A model generated the notes under the pieces. That model did no database searches. It saw only the letters and a list, made by a program, of their open reading frames with translations, and was not told the DNA's origin. The position numbers and the translations under genes were made by a program. From the NCBI GenBank assembly GCA_024790105.1, contig GCA_024790105.1_3053.1: 64,000 bases of DNA; one strand, written 5' to 3'. Shown here piece by piece: positions 20,027 through 39,282 of this stretch (position 1 is its first letter; each line of letters opens with the position of its first letter). This DNA is from a phage.

Positions 20027-22009
20027 ATGGCAAATACCCCTGTAAATTATCAATTAACAAGAACAGCAAATGCTATTCCCGAGATATTCGTCGGGGGTAC
20101 GTTTGCTGAAATAAAACAAAACCTCATTGAATGGCTTAATGGCCAAAATGAATTTTTGGATTATGATTTTGAAGGCTCAAGATTAAACGTTCTGTGCGAC
20201 CTTTTAGCTTATAATACATTGTACATTCAGCAGTTTGGTAATGCTGCTGTATATGAAAGCTTCATGCGTACTGCTAACTTACGAAGTTCAGTTGTTCAGG
20301 CTGCACAAGATAACGGATATTTACCTACTTCAAAATCCGCTGCGCAGACCGAAATTATGTTAACATGCACCGACGCATTGAATAGGAATTACATTACTAT
20401 TCCTCGCGGAACTCGCTTTTTAGCATATGCAAAAGATACTTCTGTTAATCCATATAACTTCGTTTCTACCGAAGACGTTATTGCTATTCGTGATAAAAAT
20501 AACCAATATTTTCCACGATTAAAATTAGCTCAAGGACGTATAGTAAGAACTGAAATCATTTATGATAAATTAACACCTATTATCATTTATGACAAAAACA
20601 TAGATAGAAACCAAGTTAAACTATACGTTGATGGAGCAGAATGGATTAACTGGACAAGAAAGTCAATGGTTCATGCTGGTTCTACATCAACAATTTACTA
20701 CATGCGTGAAACTATTGATGGAAACACTGAATTCTATTTTGGCGAAGGTGAAATTTCTGTTAATGCGGCAGAAGGAGCTCTAACTGCTAACTATATTGGA
20801 GGTCTTAAACCTACCCAGAACTCTACGATTGTTATTGAGTACATCAGTACTAACGGTGCAGATGCGAATGGTGCAGTCGGATTTTCATACGCAGATACAT
20901 TAACAAATATAACTGTCATCAATATTAACGAAAATCCAAATGATGACCCAGATTTTGTTGGGGCAGATGGCGGTGGCGATCCAGAAGATATTGAGCGTAT
21001 TCGCGAATTGGGTACTATTAAACGCGAAACCCAGCAACGCTGCGTAACTGCGACCGACTATGATACATTCGTTTCAGAGAGATTTGGTTCTATTATTCAA
21101 GCTGTGCAGACTTTCACCGATTCTACTAAACCTGGGTATGCATTTATTGCTGCTAAACCTAAATCAGGACTATATTTAACTACTGTGCAACGTGAAGATA
21201 TTAAAAATTATCTCAAAGACTATAATTTAGCGCCTATTACACCGTCAATTATTTCTCCTAATTATCTTTTTATTAAGACTAATTTAAAAGTCACATATGC
21301 TTTAAATAAACTACAAGAATCCGAACAGTGGCTTGAAGGTCAAATAATTGATAAAATTGATCGCTATTATACCGAAGATGTAGAAATTTTTAACTCATCT
21401 TTTGCCAAGTCTAAGATGTTAACTTACGTAGATGATGCAGATCATTCTATCATTGGTTCATCAGCGACTATTCAAATTGTTCGTGAAGTACAAAACTTCT
21501 ATAAAACGCCTGAAGCAGGTATTAAATACAATAATCAAATAAAAGATCGTTCTATGGAATCTAATACGTTTTCATTTAATTCTGGACGAAAGGTTGTAAA
21601 TCCTGATACTGGTTTAGAAGAAGATGTATTATATGACGTTCGTATAGTATCAACAGACCGAGATTCTAAAGGAATTGGTAAAGTTATTATTGGTCCATTT
21701 GCTTCTGGCGATGTTACAGAAAATGAAAACATTCAGCCGTATACAGGCAACGATTTTAACAAATTAGCAAATTCTGATGGACGCGACAAATACTATGTTA
21801 TCGGTGAAATAAATTATCCAGCTGACATGATTTATTGGAATATCGCTAAAATTAATTTAACATCTGAAAAATTTGAAGTTCAGACTATTGAATTATATTC
21901 TGACCCAACCGATGATGTTATCTTTACTCGCGATGGTTCACTGATTGTATTTGAAAATGACTTACGTCCACAATACTTAACTATCGATTTGGAGCCTATA
22001 TCACAATGA
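20027..22009 (+). CDS. 6: gp6 baseplate wedge
   Basis: 660 aa, as T4 gp6. Confidence 0.95.
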   Translation: MANTPVNYQLTRTANAIPEIFVGGTFAEIKQNLIEWLNGQNEFLDYDFEGSRLNVLCDLLAYNTLYIQQFGNAAVYESFMRTANLRSSVVQAAQDNGYLPTSKSAAQTEIMLTCTDALNRNYITIPRGTRFLAYAKDTSVNPYNFVSTEDVIAIRDKNNQYFPRLKLAQGRIVRTEIIYDKLTPIIIYDKNIDRNQVKLYVDGAEWINWTRKSMVHAGSTSTIYYMRETIDGNTEFYFGEGEISVNAAEGALTANYIGGLKPTQNSTIVIEYISTNGADANGAVGFSYADTLTNITVININENPNDDPDFVGADGGGDPEDIERIRELGTIKRETQQRCVTATDYDTFVSERFGSIIQAVQTFTDSTKPGYAFIAAKPKSGLYLTTVQREDIKNYLKDYNLAPITPSIISPNYLFIKTNLKVTYALNKLQESEQWLEGQIIDKIDRYYTEDVEIFNSSFAKSKMLTYVDDADHSIIGSSATIQIVREVQNFYKTPEAGIKYNNQIKDRSMESNTFSFNSGRKVVNPDTGLEEDVLYDVRIVSTDRDSKGIGKVIIGPFASGDVTENENIQPYTGNDFNKLANSDGRDKYYVIGEINYPADMIYWNIAKINLTSEKFEVQTIELYSDPTDDVIFTRDGSLIVFENDLRPQYLTIDLEPISQ

Positions 22010-25000
22010 CAGTAAAAGCACCTTCAGTCACTAGTCTCAGAATTTCCAAGTTATCCGCTAATCAGGTGCAAGTACGCTGGGATGACGTTGGTGCTAATTT
22101 CTACTATTTTGTAGAAATCGCTGAGACAAAATCAAACTCGGGAAAAAATCTCCCGAGTAATCAATATCGTTGGATTAATTTAGGATATACAGCAAATAAT
22201 AGTTTCTTTTTTGATGATGCTGATCCATTGACATCATATGTTATTAGAGTAGCTACAGCTGCACAAGATTTTGAGCAGTCTGATTGGATTTATACCGAAG
22301 AGTTTGAAACTTTTGCTACAAATGCTTATACATTTCAAAACATGATTGAAATGCAATTAGCCAATAAATTCATTCAGGAAAAATTTACTCTTAATAATTC
22401 TGATTATGTTAATTTCAATAATGACACAATAATGGCTGCGTTGATGAATGAATCATTTCAGTTCAGCCCATCGTATGCTGATGTCTCATCAATCAGTAAT
22501 TTTATTATTGGTGAAAATGAGTATCATGAAATACAAGGTTCTATTCAGCAAGTATGTAAGGATATTAACCGAGTTTATTTGATGGAATCAGAAGGGATTC
22601 TATATCTTTTTGAGCGTTATCAACCCGTAGTTAAAGTATCAAATGATAAAGGACAAACTTGGAAAGCTGTAAAGCTCTTCAATGACCGTGTAGGATATCC
22701 TTTATCTAAGACTGTATATTACCAATCTGCAAACACAACATACGTTCTAGGATACGACAAGATTTTCTATGGCCGTAAATCGACTGACGTTAGATGGTCA
22801 GCAGATGATGTCAGATTCAGTTCACAGGATATAACATTTGCTAAATTAGGAGACCAACTTCATTTAGGATTCGATGTTGAAATCTTCGCTACTTATGCTA
22901 CTTTACCAGCGAATGTATACCGTATAGCTGAGGCTATTACTTGCACAGATGATTATATTTACGTTGTCGCCAGAGACAAAGTTAGATACATAAAAACGAG
23001 TAATGCACCTATAGATTCTGATCCATTATCTCCAACATATTCGGAAAGACTTTTTGAACCTGATACCATGACTATAACCGGAAATCCTAAAGCAGTATGC
23101 TATAAAATGGATTCTATCGGTGATAAAGTTTTTGCTCTTATTATTGGTGAAGTTGAAACATTAAATGCTAATCCTAGAACATCAAAAATAATTGATTCCG
23201 CTGATAAAGGAATATATGTTTTAAATCATGACAAAAAAACATGGAAAAGAGTTTTTGGCAACACTGAAGAAGAAAGAAGACGTATTCAACCAGGGTACGC
23301 TAATATGTCAACTGATGGTAAATTAGTTTATCTGTCTTCGAGTAATTTTAAATTTTTAAGTGATAATGTTGTTAATGACCCTGAAACTGCAGCAAAATAT
23401 CAGTTAATTGGTGCTGTTAAATATGAATTTCCTCGCGAATGGTTAGCTGATAAACATTATCATATGATGGCGTTTATAGCGGATGAAAAATCTGACTGGG
23501 AGACTTTTACTCCTCAACCGATGAAATACTACGCAGAACCGTTCTTTAACTGGTCTAAAAAATCTAACACACGTTGTTGGATAAACAACTCCGATAGGGT
23601 TGTAGTAGTTTATGCTGATTTAAAATATACTAAAGTTATTGAAAATTTTCCGGAAACATCACCAGATAGATTAGTTCATGAATACTGGGATGACGGCGAT
23701 TGCACTATAGTAATGCCAAATGTTAAATTCACTGGATTTAAAAAATACGCATCTGGGATGCTTTTCTATAAAGCCTCCGGTGAAATAATTTCTTACTATG
23801 ATTTTAGCTATCGTGTGAGAGATACAGTAGAAATTATTTGGAAGCCAACTGAAGTATTTTTAAAAGCATTTTTACAAAACCAAGAGCATGAAACTCCTTG
23901 GTCGCCTGAAGAAGAGCGTGGATTGGCTGACCCTGATTTAAGACCATTGATTGGCACAATGATGCCTGATTCTTATTTGTTACAGGATTCGAATTTTGAG
24001 GCATTTTGCGAAGCATATATTCAATATCTTTCTGATGGATATGGAACTCAGTATAACAATTTACGAAATTTAATTCGTAACAAATATCCACGAGAAGAGC
24101 ATGCGTGGGAATATTTGTGGTCAGAGATATATAAAAGAAACATTTATTTAAATGCTGACAAACGTGATGCTGTTGCGAGATTCTTTGAATCACGTAGCTA
24201 TGATTTTTATTCTACTAAAGGAATTGAAGCATCATACAAGTTTCTTTTTAAAGTTCTTTATAATGAAGAAGTTGAAATTGAAATTGAATCTGGGGCTGGT
24301 ACTGAATATGACATAATCGTTCAATCTGATTCTTTGACTGAAGATTTAGTAGGACAAACGATTTATACAGCCACAGGAAGATGTAATGTTACTTATATAG
24401 AAAGAAGCTATTCTAATGGTAAATTGCAATGGACCGTAACTATTCATAATCTTTTGGGAAGATTAATTGCTGGTCAAGAAGTTAAAGCAGAAAGACTCCC
24501 TAGTTTTGAAGGCGAAATTATTCGTGGAGTTAAAGGAAAGGATTTGCTTCAAAACAATATAGACTATATTAATAGAAGTAGATCATACTATGTAATGAAA
24601 ATTAAATCCAATTTACCTTCTTCCCGCTGGAAATCTGACGTTATTCGTTTTGTTCATCCAGTAGGATTTGGATTTATAGCAATTACCCTTTTAACGATGT
24701 TTATTAATGTTGGTTTAACTCTTAAACATACAGAGACTATAATTAATAAATACAAAAATTATAAATGGGATTCTGGATTGCCTACTGAATATGCCGATAG
24801 AGTAGCTAAATTGACTCCAACTGGTGAAATTGAGCATGATTCAGTAACAGGCGAAGCAATTTATGAGCCTGGCCCAATGGCTGGTGTAAAATATCCTCTT
24901 CCTGATGACTATAATGCTGAAAATAATAATTCAATGTTTCAAGGTCAATTGCCGTCTGAACGACGTAAATTAATGAGTCCTCTATTTGACGCATCTGGAA

Positions 25001-25104
25001 CAACATTTGCGCAATTTAGAGATTTAGTTAATAAACGTCTAAAAGATAATATAGGAAATCCAAGAGACCCTGAAAATCCAACACAGGTTAAAATAGATGA
25101 ATGA
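22006..25104 (+). CDS. 7: gp7 baseplate wedge
   Basis: 1032 aa, as T4 gp7. Confidence 0.95.
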   Translation: MTVKAPSVTSLRISKLSANQVQVRWDDVGANFYYFVEIAETKSNSGKNLPSNQYRWINLGYTANNSFFFDDADPLTSYVIRVATAAQDFEQSDWIYTEEFETFATNAYTFQNMIEMQLANKFIQEKFTLNNSDYVNFNNDTIMAALMNESFQFSPSYADVSSISNFIIGENEYHEIQGSIQQVCKDINRVYLMESEGILYLFERYQPVVKVSNDKGQTWKAVKLFNDRVGYPLSKTVYYQSANTTYVLGYDKIFYGRKSTDVRWSADDVRFSSQDITFAKLGDQLHLGFDVEIFATYATLPANVYRIAEAITCTDDYIYVVARDKVRYIKTSNAPIDSDPLSPTYSERLFEPDTMTITGNPKAVCYKMDSIGDKVFALIIGEVETLNANPRTSKIIDSADKGIYVLNHDKKTWKRVFGNTEEERRRIQPGYANMSTDGKLVYLSSSNFKFLSDNVVNDPETAAKYQLIGAVKYEFPREWLADKHYHMMAFIADEKSDWETFTPQPMKYYAEPFFNWSKKSNTRCWINNSDRVVVVYADLKYTKVIENFPETSPDRLVHEYWDDGDCTIVMPNVKFTGFKKYASGMLFYKASGEIISYYDFSYRVRDTVEIIWKPTEVFLKAFLQNQEHETPWSPEEERGLADPDLRPLIGTMMPDSYLLQDSNFEAFCEAYIQYLSDGYGTQYNNLRNLIRNKYPREEHAWEYLWSEIYKRNIYLNADKRDAVARFFESRSYDFYSTKGIEASYKFLFKVLYNEEVEIEIESGAGTEYDIIVQSDSLTEDLVGQTIYTATGRCNVTYIERSYSNGKLQWTVTIHNLLGRLIAGQEVKAERLPSFEGEIIRGVKGKDLLQNNIDYINRSRSYYVMKIKSNLPSSRWKSDVIRFVHPVGFGFIAITLLTMFINVGLTLKHTETIINKYKNYKWDSGLPTEYADRVAKLTPTGEIEHDSVTGEAIYEPGPMAGVKYPLPDDYNAENNNSMFQGQLPSERRKLMSPLFDASGTTFAQFRDLVNKRLKDNIGNPRDPENPTQVKIDE

Positions 25105-26101
25105 TTCAAGTGTTATCTATCGTGCGATAGTTACTTCAAAATTTAGAACAGAAAAAATGTTGAATTTTTATAATTCAATTGGAAGTGGTCCGGATAAAAA
25201 CACTATCTTTATCACATTTGGAAGATCAGAACCGTGGTCATCAAATGAAAATGAGGTGGGCTTTGCCCCACCTTATCCTACCGATTCTGTATTAGGTGTA
25301 ACTGACATGTGGACTCATATGATGGGAACAGTAAAAGTTCTTCCATCAATGCTTGATGCTGTTATTCCTCGCAGAGATTGGGGAGATACTAGATATCCGG
25401 ATCCATACACATTTAGAATTAACGATATTGTAGTGTGTAACTCAGCTCCTTACAACGCTACTGAATCAGGCGCAGGCTGGTTAGTATATCGTTGTTTAGA
25501 TGTTCCTGATACCGGAATGTGTTCAATCGCATCTTTAACTGATAAGGATGAATGCCTCAAATTAGGTGGAAAATGGACTCCTTCTGCTAAGTCAATGACT
25601 CCGCCTGAAGGCCGAGGAGATGCTGAAGGAACAATTGAACCTGGAGACGGATATGTTTGGGAATATCTATTTGAGATTCCGCCTGATGTATCTATAAATA
25701 GATGCACAAATGAATATATCGTGGTTCCTTGGCCTGAGGAATTAAAAGAAGACCCGACTAGATGGGGGTATGAAGATAATCTCACTTGGCAACAAGATGA
25801 TTTTGGATTAATTTACCGTGTTAAGGCAAATACTATCCGTTTTAAAGCATATTTAGATTCAGTTTACTTTCCTGATGCTGCATTACCAGGAAATAAAGGA
25901 TTTAGACAAATATCAATAATCACCAATCCTCTTGAAGCTAAAGTTCATCCAAATGACCCAAACGTTAAAGCTGAAAAGGATTATTATGATCCGGAAGATT
26001 TAATGAGGCATTCGGGCGAAATGATTTATATGGAAAATAGGCCACCTATTATCATGGCAATGGATCAAACAGAAGAAATCAATATTCTGTTTACATTTTA
26101 A
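25097..26101 (+). CDS. 8: gp8 baseplate wedge
   Basis: 334 aa, as T4 gp8. Confidence 0.95.
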   Translation: MNDSSVIYRAIVTSKFRTEKMLNFYNSIGSGPDKNTIFITFGRSEPWSSNENEVGFAPPYPTDSVLGVTDMWTHMMGTVKVLPSMLDAVIPRRDWGDTRYPDPYTFRINDIVVCNSAPYNATESGAGWLVYRCLDVPDTGMCSIASLTDKDECLKLGGKWTPSAKSMTPPEGRGDAEGTIEPGDGYVWEYLFEIPPDVSINRCTNEYIVVPWPEELKEDPTRWGYEDNLTWQQDDFGLIYRVKANTIRFKAYLDSVYFPDAALPGNKGFRQISIITNPLEAKVHPNDPNVKAEKDYYDPEDLMRHSGEMIYMENRPPIIMAMDQTEEINILFTF

Positions 26102-26106
26102 CTTAA

Positions 26107-26133
26107 GGGAGCCCATGGGCTCCCTTTTTCTTT
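26107..26133 (+). terminator. rho-independent terminator after gene 8
   Basis: gggagcc-catg-ggctccc hairpin followed by TTTTTCTTT. Confidence 0.7.
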
Positions 26134-26140
26134 ATAAATA
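26133..26140 (+). promoter_or_regulatory. late promoter TATAAATA upstream of gene 9
   Basis: exact TATAAATA 25 nt upstream of the gp9 start. Confidence 0.65.
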
Positions 26141-26164
26141 CTATAAACTCATAAGGAAACCGCT

Positions 26165-27031
26165 ATGTTCATTCAAGAACCAAAGAAATTGATTGATACC
26201 GGCGAAATTGGTAACGCTTCTACTGGTGATATCTTATTCGACGGTGGTAATAAAATTAATAGTGATTTTAACGCAATTTATAATGCGTTTGGCGATCAAC
26301 GTAAAATGGCAGTAGCAAATGGCACTGGAGCAGATGGCCAAATTATTCATGCTACTGGATATTATCAAAAACACTCTATTGCGGAGTACGCAACTCCAGT
26401 AAAAGTTGGCACTAGGCATGATATTGATACCTCTACTGTAGGTGTTAAAGTTATCATTGAAAGAGGCGAACTTGGTGACTGCGTTGAATTTATTAACTCA
26501 AATGGATCTATATCAGTTACTAATCCTTTAACGATTCAAGCAATTGATTCAATTAAAGGTGTTTCAGGCAATTTAGTAGTAACTAGCCCATATAGTAAAG
26601 TAACTTTACGCTGTATTTCATCTGATAATTCTACATCTGTTTGGAATTATTCTATTGAAAGTATGTTTGGACAAAAGGAATCACCAGCTGAAGGTACATG
26701 GAATATTTCTACATCCGGATCAGTTGATATTCCATTATTTCATCGTACTGAATACAATATGGCTAAATTGCTAGTTACATGCCAGTCAGTAGATGGAAGA
26801 AAAATTAAAACAGCAGAAATAAATATTCTTGTGGATACTGTTAATTCAGAGGTAATTTCTTCTGAATATGCTGTCATGCGGGTTGGAAATGAAACCGAAG
26901 AAGACGAAATCGCTAATATTGCATTTAGTATTAAAGAAAATTATGTAACGGCGACTATAAGTTCTTCTACTATTGGCATGAGAGCAGCAGTTAAAGTTAT
27001 CGCTACGCAGAAAATCGGGGTGGCTCAATAA
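26165..27031 (+). CDS. 9: gp9 baseplate wedge / long tail fibre socket
   Basis: 288 aa, as T4 gp9. Confidence 0.95.
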   Translation: MFIQEPKKLIDTGEIGNASTGDILFDGGNKINSDFNAIYNAFGDQRKMAVANGTGADGQIIHATGYYQKHSIAEYATPVKVGTRHDIDTSTVGVKVIIERGELGDCVEFINSNGSISVTNPLTIQAIDSIKGVSGNLVVTSPYSKVTLRCISSDNSTSVWNYSIESMFGQKESPAEGTWNISTSGSVDIPLFHRTEYNMAKLLVTCQSVDGRKIKTAEINILVDTVNSEVISSEYAVMRVGNETEEDEIANIAFSIKENYVTATISSSTIGMRAAVKVIATQKIGVAQ

Positions 27032-28836
27032 TGAAACAAAATATTAATATCGGTAATGTTGTAGATGATGGTACCGGTGACTACCTGCGTAAAGGTGGTA
27101 TAAAAATAAATGAAAACTTTGATGAACTTTATTATGAGCTTGGTGATGGGAATGTTCCATATTCAGCCGGTGCCTGGAAAACTTATAATGCTTCATCAGG
27201 ACAAACACTAACAGCAGAATGGGGAAAATCATATGCCATTAACACTTCATCTGGAAGAGTAACTCTACAACTTCCTAAAGGAACCGTTAATGATTATAAT
27301 AAAGTAATTAAAGCTAGGGATGTATTTGCAACATGGAATGTTAATCCAGTTACTCTAGTAGCCGCTTCTGGTGATACTATTAAAGGATCATCGTCATCAG
27401 TTGAAATTAATGTTCAATTTAGTGATTTAGAATTAGTTTATTGTGCTCCAGGACGTTGGGAATATGTCAAAAACAAACAAATTGACAAAATTATTAGTTC
27501 AGATATTAGTAATGTAGCACGTAAAGAATTTTTAGTCGAAGTTCAAGGACAAACAGACTTTTTAGATGTTTTCCGTGGAACTAGCTATAATGTTAATAAC
27601 ATCCGAGTAAAACACCGCGGTAATGAATTATATTATGGCGATGTATTTAGTGAAAACAGTGACTTTGGCTCTCCTGGGGAAAATGAAGGAGAATTGATTC
27701 CTCTTGATGGATTTAATATTAGATTAAGACAGCCTTGTAATGTTGGTGACACTGTTCAAATTGAAACATTTATGGATGGTGTATCGCAGTGGAGAAGTTC
27801 ATATACAAGACGCCAAATAAAAGTATTAGATTCAAAATTAACATCAAAGACTTCTTTAGAAGGAAGCATTTATGTTACTGATTTATCAGCGATGAAATCA
27901 ATTCCATTCTCCGCATTTGGATTAATTCCTGGCGAACCCATTAATCCTAATTCTCTTGAGGTTCGTTTTAATGGAATTTTACAGCAGCAGGCTGGAACAG
28001 CTGGATATCCTCTGTTTTTGTGCGAAGGCGCTAATTCAGATACGCAAGAAGGATGTATATCTCTTGGCGGCGAATGGAAAGAATCAAACACCGATTATTC
28101 TATAGAATATGAAGACGGAAAACCTATCAGTCTTTTATTTGATAGAAAATTTGAATCCGGTGACATTATCGTTATAACATGGTTCAATAATGATTTAGGA
28201 ACTCTTTTAGAAAAAGATGACATCATTGAATTGACTGATGACCGTTATGTTAGTAAAGGATCATCTACTGAAGTTACTGGTGATGTGGCCTTAACAGATT
28301 TTGATAAAATCGGTTGGCCAAATGTTGAAAAAGTTGATTCTTATACTAGAACGTATAATTCAATATCATCTATTTTCGACAGCATTTATCCTGTTGGTTC
28401 AATTTATGAAAACGCTATAAACCCAAATAATCCGGTGACTTATATGGGATTTGGTTCATGGAAATTATTTGGTAAAGGACAAGTTTTAGTAGGATGGAAT
28501 GATGATGTTACGGATCCAAACTTTGCTTTAAACAATAATGATTTAGATTCTAGCGGAAATCCTTCACATACGGCAGGTGGAACGGTTGGAACAACATCAG
28601 TAACGCTTGAAAACGCAAATCTTCCTGCAACTAAAACCGACGAAAGAGTTTTAATTGAAGACGAAAATGGATCGGTTATTATTGGAGGTTGCCAATATGA
28701 CCCAGATGAAACTGGTCCTATATATACAAAATATCGTGAAGATTACGCAACAACAAACTCTTCACATACTCCTCCTGCTAATATTAGTAATATTCAACCG
28801 TCTATTACTGTATACCGTTGGATAAGGATTGCATAA
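27031..28836 (+). CDS. 10: gp10 baseplate wedge
   Basis: 601 aa, as T4 gp10. Confidence 0.95.
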   Translation: MKQNINIGNVVDDGTGDYLRKGGIKINENFDELYYELGDGNVPYSAGAWKTYNASSGQTLTAEWGKSYAINTSSGRVTLQLPKGTVNDYNKVIKARDVFATWNVNPVTLVAASGDTIKGSSSSVEINVQFSDLELVYCAPGRWEYVKNKQIDKIISSDISNVARKEFLVEVQGQTDFLDVFRGTSYNVNNIRVKHRGNELYYGDVFSENSDFGSPGENEGELIPLDGFNIRLRQPCNVGDTVQIETFMDGVSQWRSSYTRRQIKVLDSKLTSKTSLEGSIYVTDLSAMKSIPFSAFGLIPGEPINPNSLEVRFNGILQQQAGTAGYPLFLCEGANSDTQEGCISLGGEWKESNTDYSIEYEDGKPISLLFDRKFESGDIIVITWFNNDLGTLLEKDDIIELTDDRYVSKGSSTEVTGDVALTDFDKIGWPNVEKVDSYTRTYNSISSIFDSIYPVGSIYENAINPNNPVTYMGFGSWKLFGKGQVLVGWNDDVTDPNFALNNNDLDSSGNPSHTAGGTVGTTSVTLENANLPATKTDERVLIEDENGSVIIGGCQYDPDETGPIYTKYREDYATTNSSHTPPANISNIQPSITVYRWIRIA

Positions 28837-29495
28837 TGAGTTTACTTAATAATAAAGCGGGAGTTATTTCCCGCTTAGCAGATTTTCTTGGTTTTAGAAC
28901 TAAGAAAAATGATATTTCGGTTATGAATAATCAACCGGTCGGCGCCGTAACAATATCACAAATAGCAAAAGGTTTTTATGACCCAAATGTCGAATCAGCT
29001 ATTAATGATGTTAGAAATATGGCAGAGCAACAGGTTGGAGCTGTATTAGTTAATATAAGCGGCTTATCTCCTACTGGCGTGCAACAAACAGACTATTGGT
29101 CATTTGAAGGAACTGTTACTGACACTTCAGCCAAACCAGGTGACCCAGTTATTGTTAACATGTTTGGTATTCCAGTTAAAGCTACTAATGGAATGACTTC
29201 AATCGAATTCACGAGTGCCGTTAGAACAGCTCTACAGGAAATGGTTGCAAAATTTATTGCAATTGATTCATTTGAAGACCATCCTACTATAGGAAATAAA
29301 ATACAAGTTAAGTATTTAGATAACCAAGAACATATCTTAGAACAATACTCTGATAAAGGAATTACTTTCAAACAAGAAATAATTTCTCCTTCTAAACCTG
29401 GGTATGGAACTTGGCAATTATTAGGTGCGCAAACTGTTACGCTAGATAGTCACACACAACCTACAGTATTTTATTATTTTGAGAGAATAGCATGA
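28836..29495 (+). CDS. 11: gp11 baseplate wedge / short tail fibre attachment
   Basis: start set at [10 protein letters not shown] (TAATG overlap with gp10 stop), 219 aa. Confidence 0.9.
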   Translation: MSLLNNKAGVISRLADFLGFRTKKNDISVMNNQPVGAVTISQIAKGFYDPNVESAINDVRNMAEQQVGAVLVNISGLSPTGVQQTDYWSFEGTVTDTSAKPGDPVIVNMFGIPVKATNGMTSIEFTSAVRTALQEMVAKFIAIDSFEDHPTIGNKIQVKYLDNQEHILEQYSDKGITFKQEIISPSKPGYGTWQLLGAQTVTLDSHTQPTVFYYFERIA

Positions 29496-31042
29496 GTAAC
29501 AATACATATCAGCACGTATCAAATGAATCAAAATATGTTAAATTCGATCCAGTAGGATCGAATTTTCCTGACACTGTCACGACAGTGCAGTCTGCATTAT
29601 CAAAAATAAGTAATATTGGCGTAAATGGTATTCCTGATGCAACTATGGAAGTTAAAGGAATAGCAATGATTGCATCAGAGCAAGAGGTTTTAGATGGAAC
29701 TAATAATTCTAAAATCGTTACACCGGCTACATTAGCAACAAGATTATTGTATCCAAATGCTACTGAAACTAAATATGGTTTAACGCGCTATTCAACAAAT
29801 GAAGAAACTTTAGAAGGCTCAGATAATAATTCGTCGATAACTCCACAAAAATTGAAATACCATACTGACGATGTATTCCAAAACAGGTATTCATCTGAAT
29901 CATCAAATGGAGTTATTAAAATATCATCTACACCTGCGGCTTTGGCTGGTGTAGATGATACTACGGCAATGACTCCATTAAAAACCCAAAAACTTGCAAT
30001 AAAATTAATTTCACAAATAGCTCCTTCAGAAGACACAGCATCAGAATCTGTTAGAGGTGTAGTTCAGTTATCAACTGTCGCTCAAACTCGCCAAGGAACT
30101 CTTCGCGAAGGATATGCAATTTCTCCGTATACCTTTATGAATTCTGTTGCAACACAAGAATATAAGGGTGTTATACGTTTAGGAACACAATCGGAAATTA
30201 ACAGTAATTTAGGAGATGTTGCAGTAACAGGTGAAACACTAAATGGTCGAGGAGCTACTGGTTCTATGCGCGGTGTAGTAAAATTAACGACGCAAGCCGG
30301 TATTGCCCCCGAAGGTGATGGCTCTGGAGCATTAGCATGGAACGCAGATGTAATTAATACTCGCGGTGGACAAACTATTAACGGTTCTTTAAATTTAGAC
30401 CATCTTACAGCAAATGGAATTTGGTCACGTGGCGGTATGTGGAAAAATGGCGATCAACCTGTTGCCACTGAAAGATATGCGTCTGAAAGGGTTCCAGTTG
30501 GAACTATTATGATGTTTGCGGGTGATTCTGCACCTCCAGGTTGGATTATGTGCCATGGTGGAACCGTGTCAGGAGATCAATATCCTGATTATAGAAACAC
30601 AGTTGGAACGAGATTTGGTGGTGATTGGAATAACCCTGGCATTCCTGATATGCGAGGTCTTTTCGTCAGAGGAGCTGGCACAGGAGGTCATATTTTAAAT
30701 CAACGAGGACAAGATGGTTATGGAAAGGATAGACTTGGCGTAGGATGTGACGGAATGCATGTTGGCGGTGTTCAAGCACAACAAATGTCATACCATAAAC
30801 ATGCTGGTGGCTGGGGAGAATACCAAAGACATGAAGCTCCATTTGGCGCGTCCGTTTATCAAGGATATCTTGGAACTAGAAAATATGCCGACTGGGATAA
30901 TGCTTCATACTTCACTAATGATGGATTTGAATTAGGTGGACCGAGAGATGCCCTTGGTACACTTAATCGTGAAGGATTAATTGGTTATGAAACTAGACCA
31001 TGGAATATATCATTAAACTATATTATTAAAATTCATTACTAA
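29492..31042 (+). CDS. 12: gp12 short tail fibre
   Basis: 516 aa, position after gp11. Confidence 0.9.
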   Translation: MSNNTYQHVSNESKYVKFDPVGSNFPDTVTTVQSALSKISNIGVNGIPDATMEVKGIAMIASEQEVLDGTNNSKIVTPATLATRLLYPNATETKYGLTRYSTNEETLEGSDNNSSITPQKLKYHTDDVFQNRYSSESSNGVIKISSTPAALAGVDDTTAMTPLKTQKLAIKLISQIAPSEDTASESVRGVVQLSTVAQTRQGTLREGYAISPYTFMNSVATQEYKGVIRLGTQSEINSNLGDVAVTGETLNGRGATGSMRGVVKLTTQAGIAPEGDGSGALAWNADVINTRGGQTINGSLNLDHLTANGIWSRGGMWKNGDQPVATERYASERVPVGTIMMFAGDSAPPGWIMCHGGTVSGDQYPDYRNTVGTRFGGDWNNPGIPDMRGLFVRGAGTGGHILNQRGQDGYGKDRLGVGCDGMHVGGVQAQQMSYHKHAGGWGEYQRHEAPFGASVYQGYLGTRKYADWDNASYFTNDGFELGGPRDALGTLNREGLIGYETRPWNISLNYIIKIHY

Positions 31043-31051
31043 GGATTACAA

Positions 31052-32509
31052 ATGATTGAATTAAAAGAGTTACCTTTTGTTGATAGCGTTCCTGGCGAAG
31101 GTCAGGAACGTATTTCATGGATTAAAAATGGTGAAGAAATATTAGGAGCTAGTACTAAGTATGGAAACGATGGGTCAATGAATAGACCAACTGTTTCCGT
31201 GTTTAAAAACGTCGAGGTTCTCGACGAAAATGTAGGAATTCTTAAAACTGCCATTGAAACATCTCAGGAAGATATTAAAACTATTCAAGGCATTTTAGAT
31301 GTATCAGGAGATATAGAAGCGCTATCACAGATCAGCGTTAATAAAAATGACATATCAAATTTAAAAACGCTTACGAGCGAACATACTGATATATTAAATG
31401 GTACAAATACTACTGTTGATAATATTCTTTCTGATATTGGTCCATTTAATTCGCAAGCAAATTCAGTTTATAGAACGATTAGAAATGATTTGTTATGGAT
31501 TAAAAGGGAATTAGGACAATATGCTGGACAAGATATTAATGGTCTTCCTGTTGTAGGAAATACCAGCACGGGAATGAAGCATCGTATTATTAATAATACA
31601 GATGCTATAACTTCCCAAGGAATACGTCTAAGTGATTTAGAAGAAAAATTTATTGAATCTGATGTAGGTTCGCTTACAATCGAAGTAGGAAATCTTAGAC
31701 AGGAATTAGGACAAAGACCACCTTCATTTAGTGAAAGTATATATTCACGTGTGCATAATTTAGATCAATCTCAAATTAATCTTAGTTCCGAAATTAAATC
31801 TATCAAAACTTCTATTGGATATCCAGGAAATACTTCAATAATCACAGATGTTAACACTAATACACGAGAAATTTCAGCTTTAACTGATGAGCTAAATAAA
31901 AGCGGAGGTGTTAAACAGCGATTAACTGTCATTGAAACATCGATTGGCTCAGATGATATTCCTTCTAGTATTAAAGGTCAAATTAAAGATAATACTACCT
32001 CTATTGAGTCTTTAAACGGAATTGTAGGTGAAAACACCTCGTCTGGTTTAAGAGCTAATGTTTCGTGGTTAAACCAAATTGTTGGAACTGATTCTAGCGG
32101 TGGACAACCTTCTCCTCCTGGGTCTCTTTTAAATAGAGTTTCAACAGTTGAAACTTCCGTTAATAGACTGAATAATGATGTTCAAAACTTGCAAGTTGAA
32201 ATTGGTAATAACAATTCCGGAATTAAAGGACAGGTTGTAACATTAAATAAATTGGTAAATGGAACAAATCCAAATGGTTCAACTGTCGAAGAACGTGGAT
32301 TAACTAATTCAATAAAAGCTAATGAAACCAACATTTCTTCTATTAATCAAGAAATGCGTAGTATTAAAAGTGATGTATCTTCATTACAGGGGGATGTTCA
32401 GACTTTACAGGAAGCAGGTTATATTCCTGAAGCTCCAAAAGATGGCCAAGCTTACGTTCGTAAAGACGGCGAATGGGTACTACTTTCTACCTTTTTATCA
32501 CCAGCATAA
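31052..32509 (+). CDS. wac: fibritin (whisker, wac) with C-terminal foldon
   Basis: 485 aa; C-terminus [30 protein letters not shown] is the foldon trimerisation domain. Confidence 0.95.
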   Translation: MIELKELPFVDSVPGEGQERISWIKNGEEILGASTKYGNDGSMNRPTVSVFKNVEVLDENVGILKTAIETSQEDIKTIQGILDVSGDIEALSQISVNKNDISNLKTLTSEHTDILNGTNTTVDNILSDIGPFNSQANSVYRTIRNDLLWIKRELGQYAGQDINGLPVVGNTSTGMKHRIINNTDAITSQGIRLSDLEEKFIESDVGSLTIEVGNLRQELGQRPPSFSESIYSRVHNLDQSQINLSSEIKSIKTSIGYPGNTSIITDVNTNTREISALTDELNKSGGVKQRLTVIETSIGSDDIPSSIKGQIKDNTTSIESLNGIVGENTSSGLRANVSWLNQIVGTDSSGGQPSPPGSLLNRVSTVETSVNRLNNDVQNLQVEIGNNNSGIKGQVVTLNKLVNGTNPNGSTVEERGLTNSIKANETNISSINQEMRSIKSDVSSLQGDVQTLQEAGYIPEAPKDGQAYVRKDGEWVLLSTFLSPA

Positions 32510-32512
32510 CAT

Positions 32513-32540
32513 GGGGCCGCAAGGCCCCAAAGGATTTTTA
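32513..32540 (+). terminator. GNRA-tetraloop hairpin after wac (weak terminator or RNA stability element)
   Basis: ggggcc-gcaa-ggcccc followed by an A/T-rich tract. Confidence 0.4.
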
Positions 32541-32541
32541 A

Positions 32542-35052
<2,511 letters not shown>

Positions 35053-35093
35053 TAAATATTATAAACTAATTAAAGCCCAGATTAGGAGAAATC

Positions 35094-39251
<4,158 letters not shown>

Positions 39252-39282
39252 ATATATTAAAGCATATTAAAGAGGATTAAAA

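Noticed and set aside
23834-24193. 119-aa minus-strand ORF inside gene 7
   Set aside because: Antisense to gp7 coding sequence; likely spurious.
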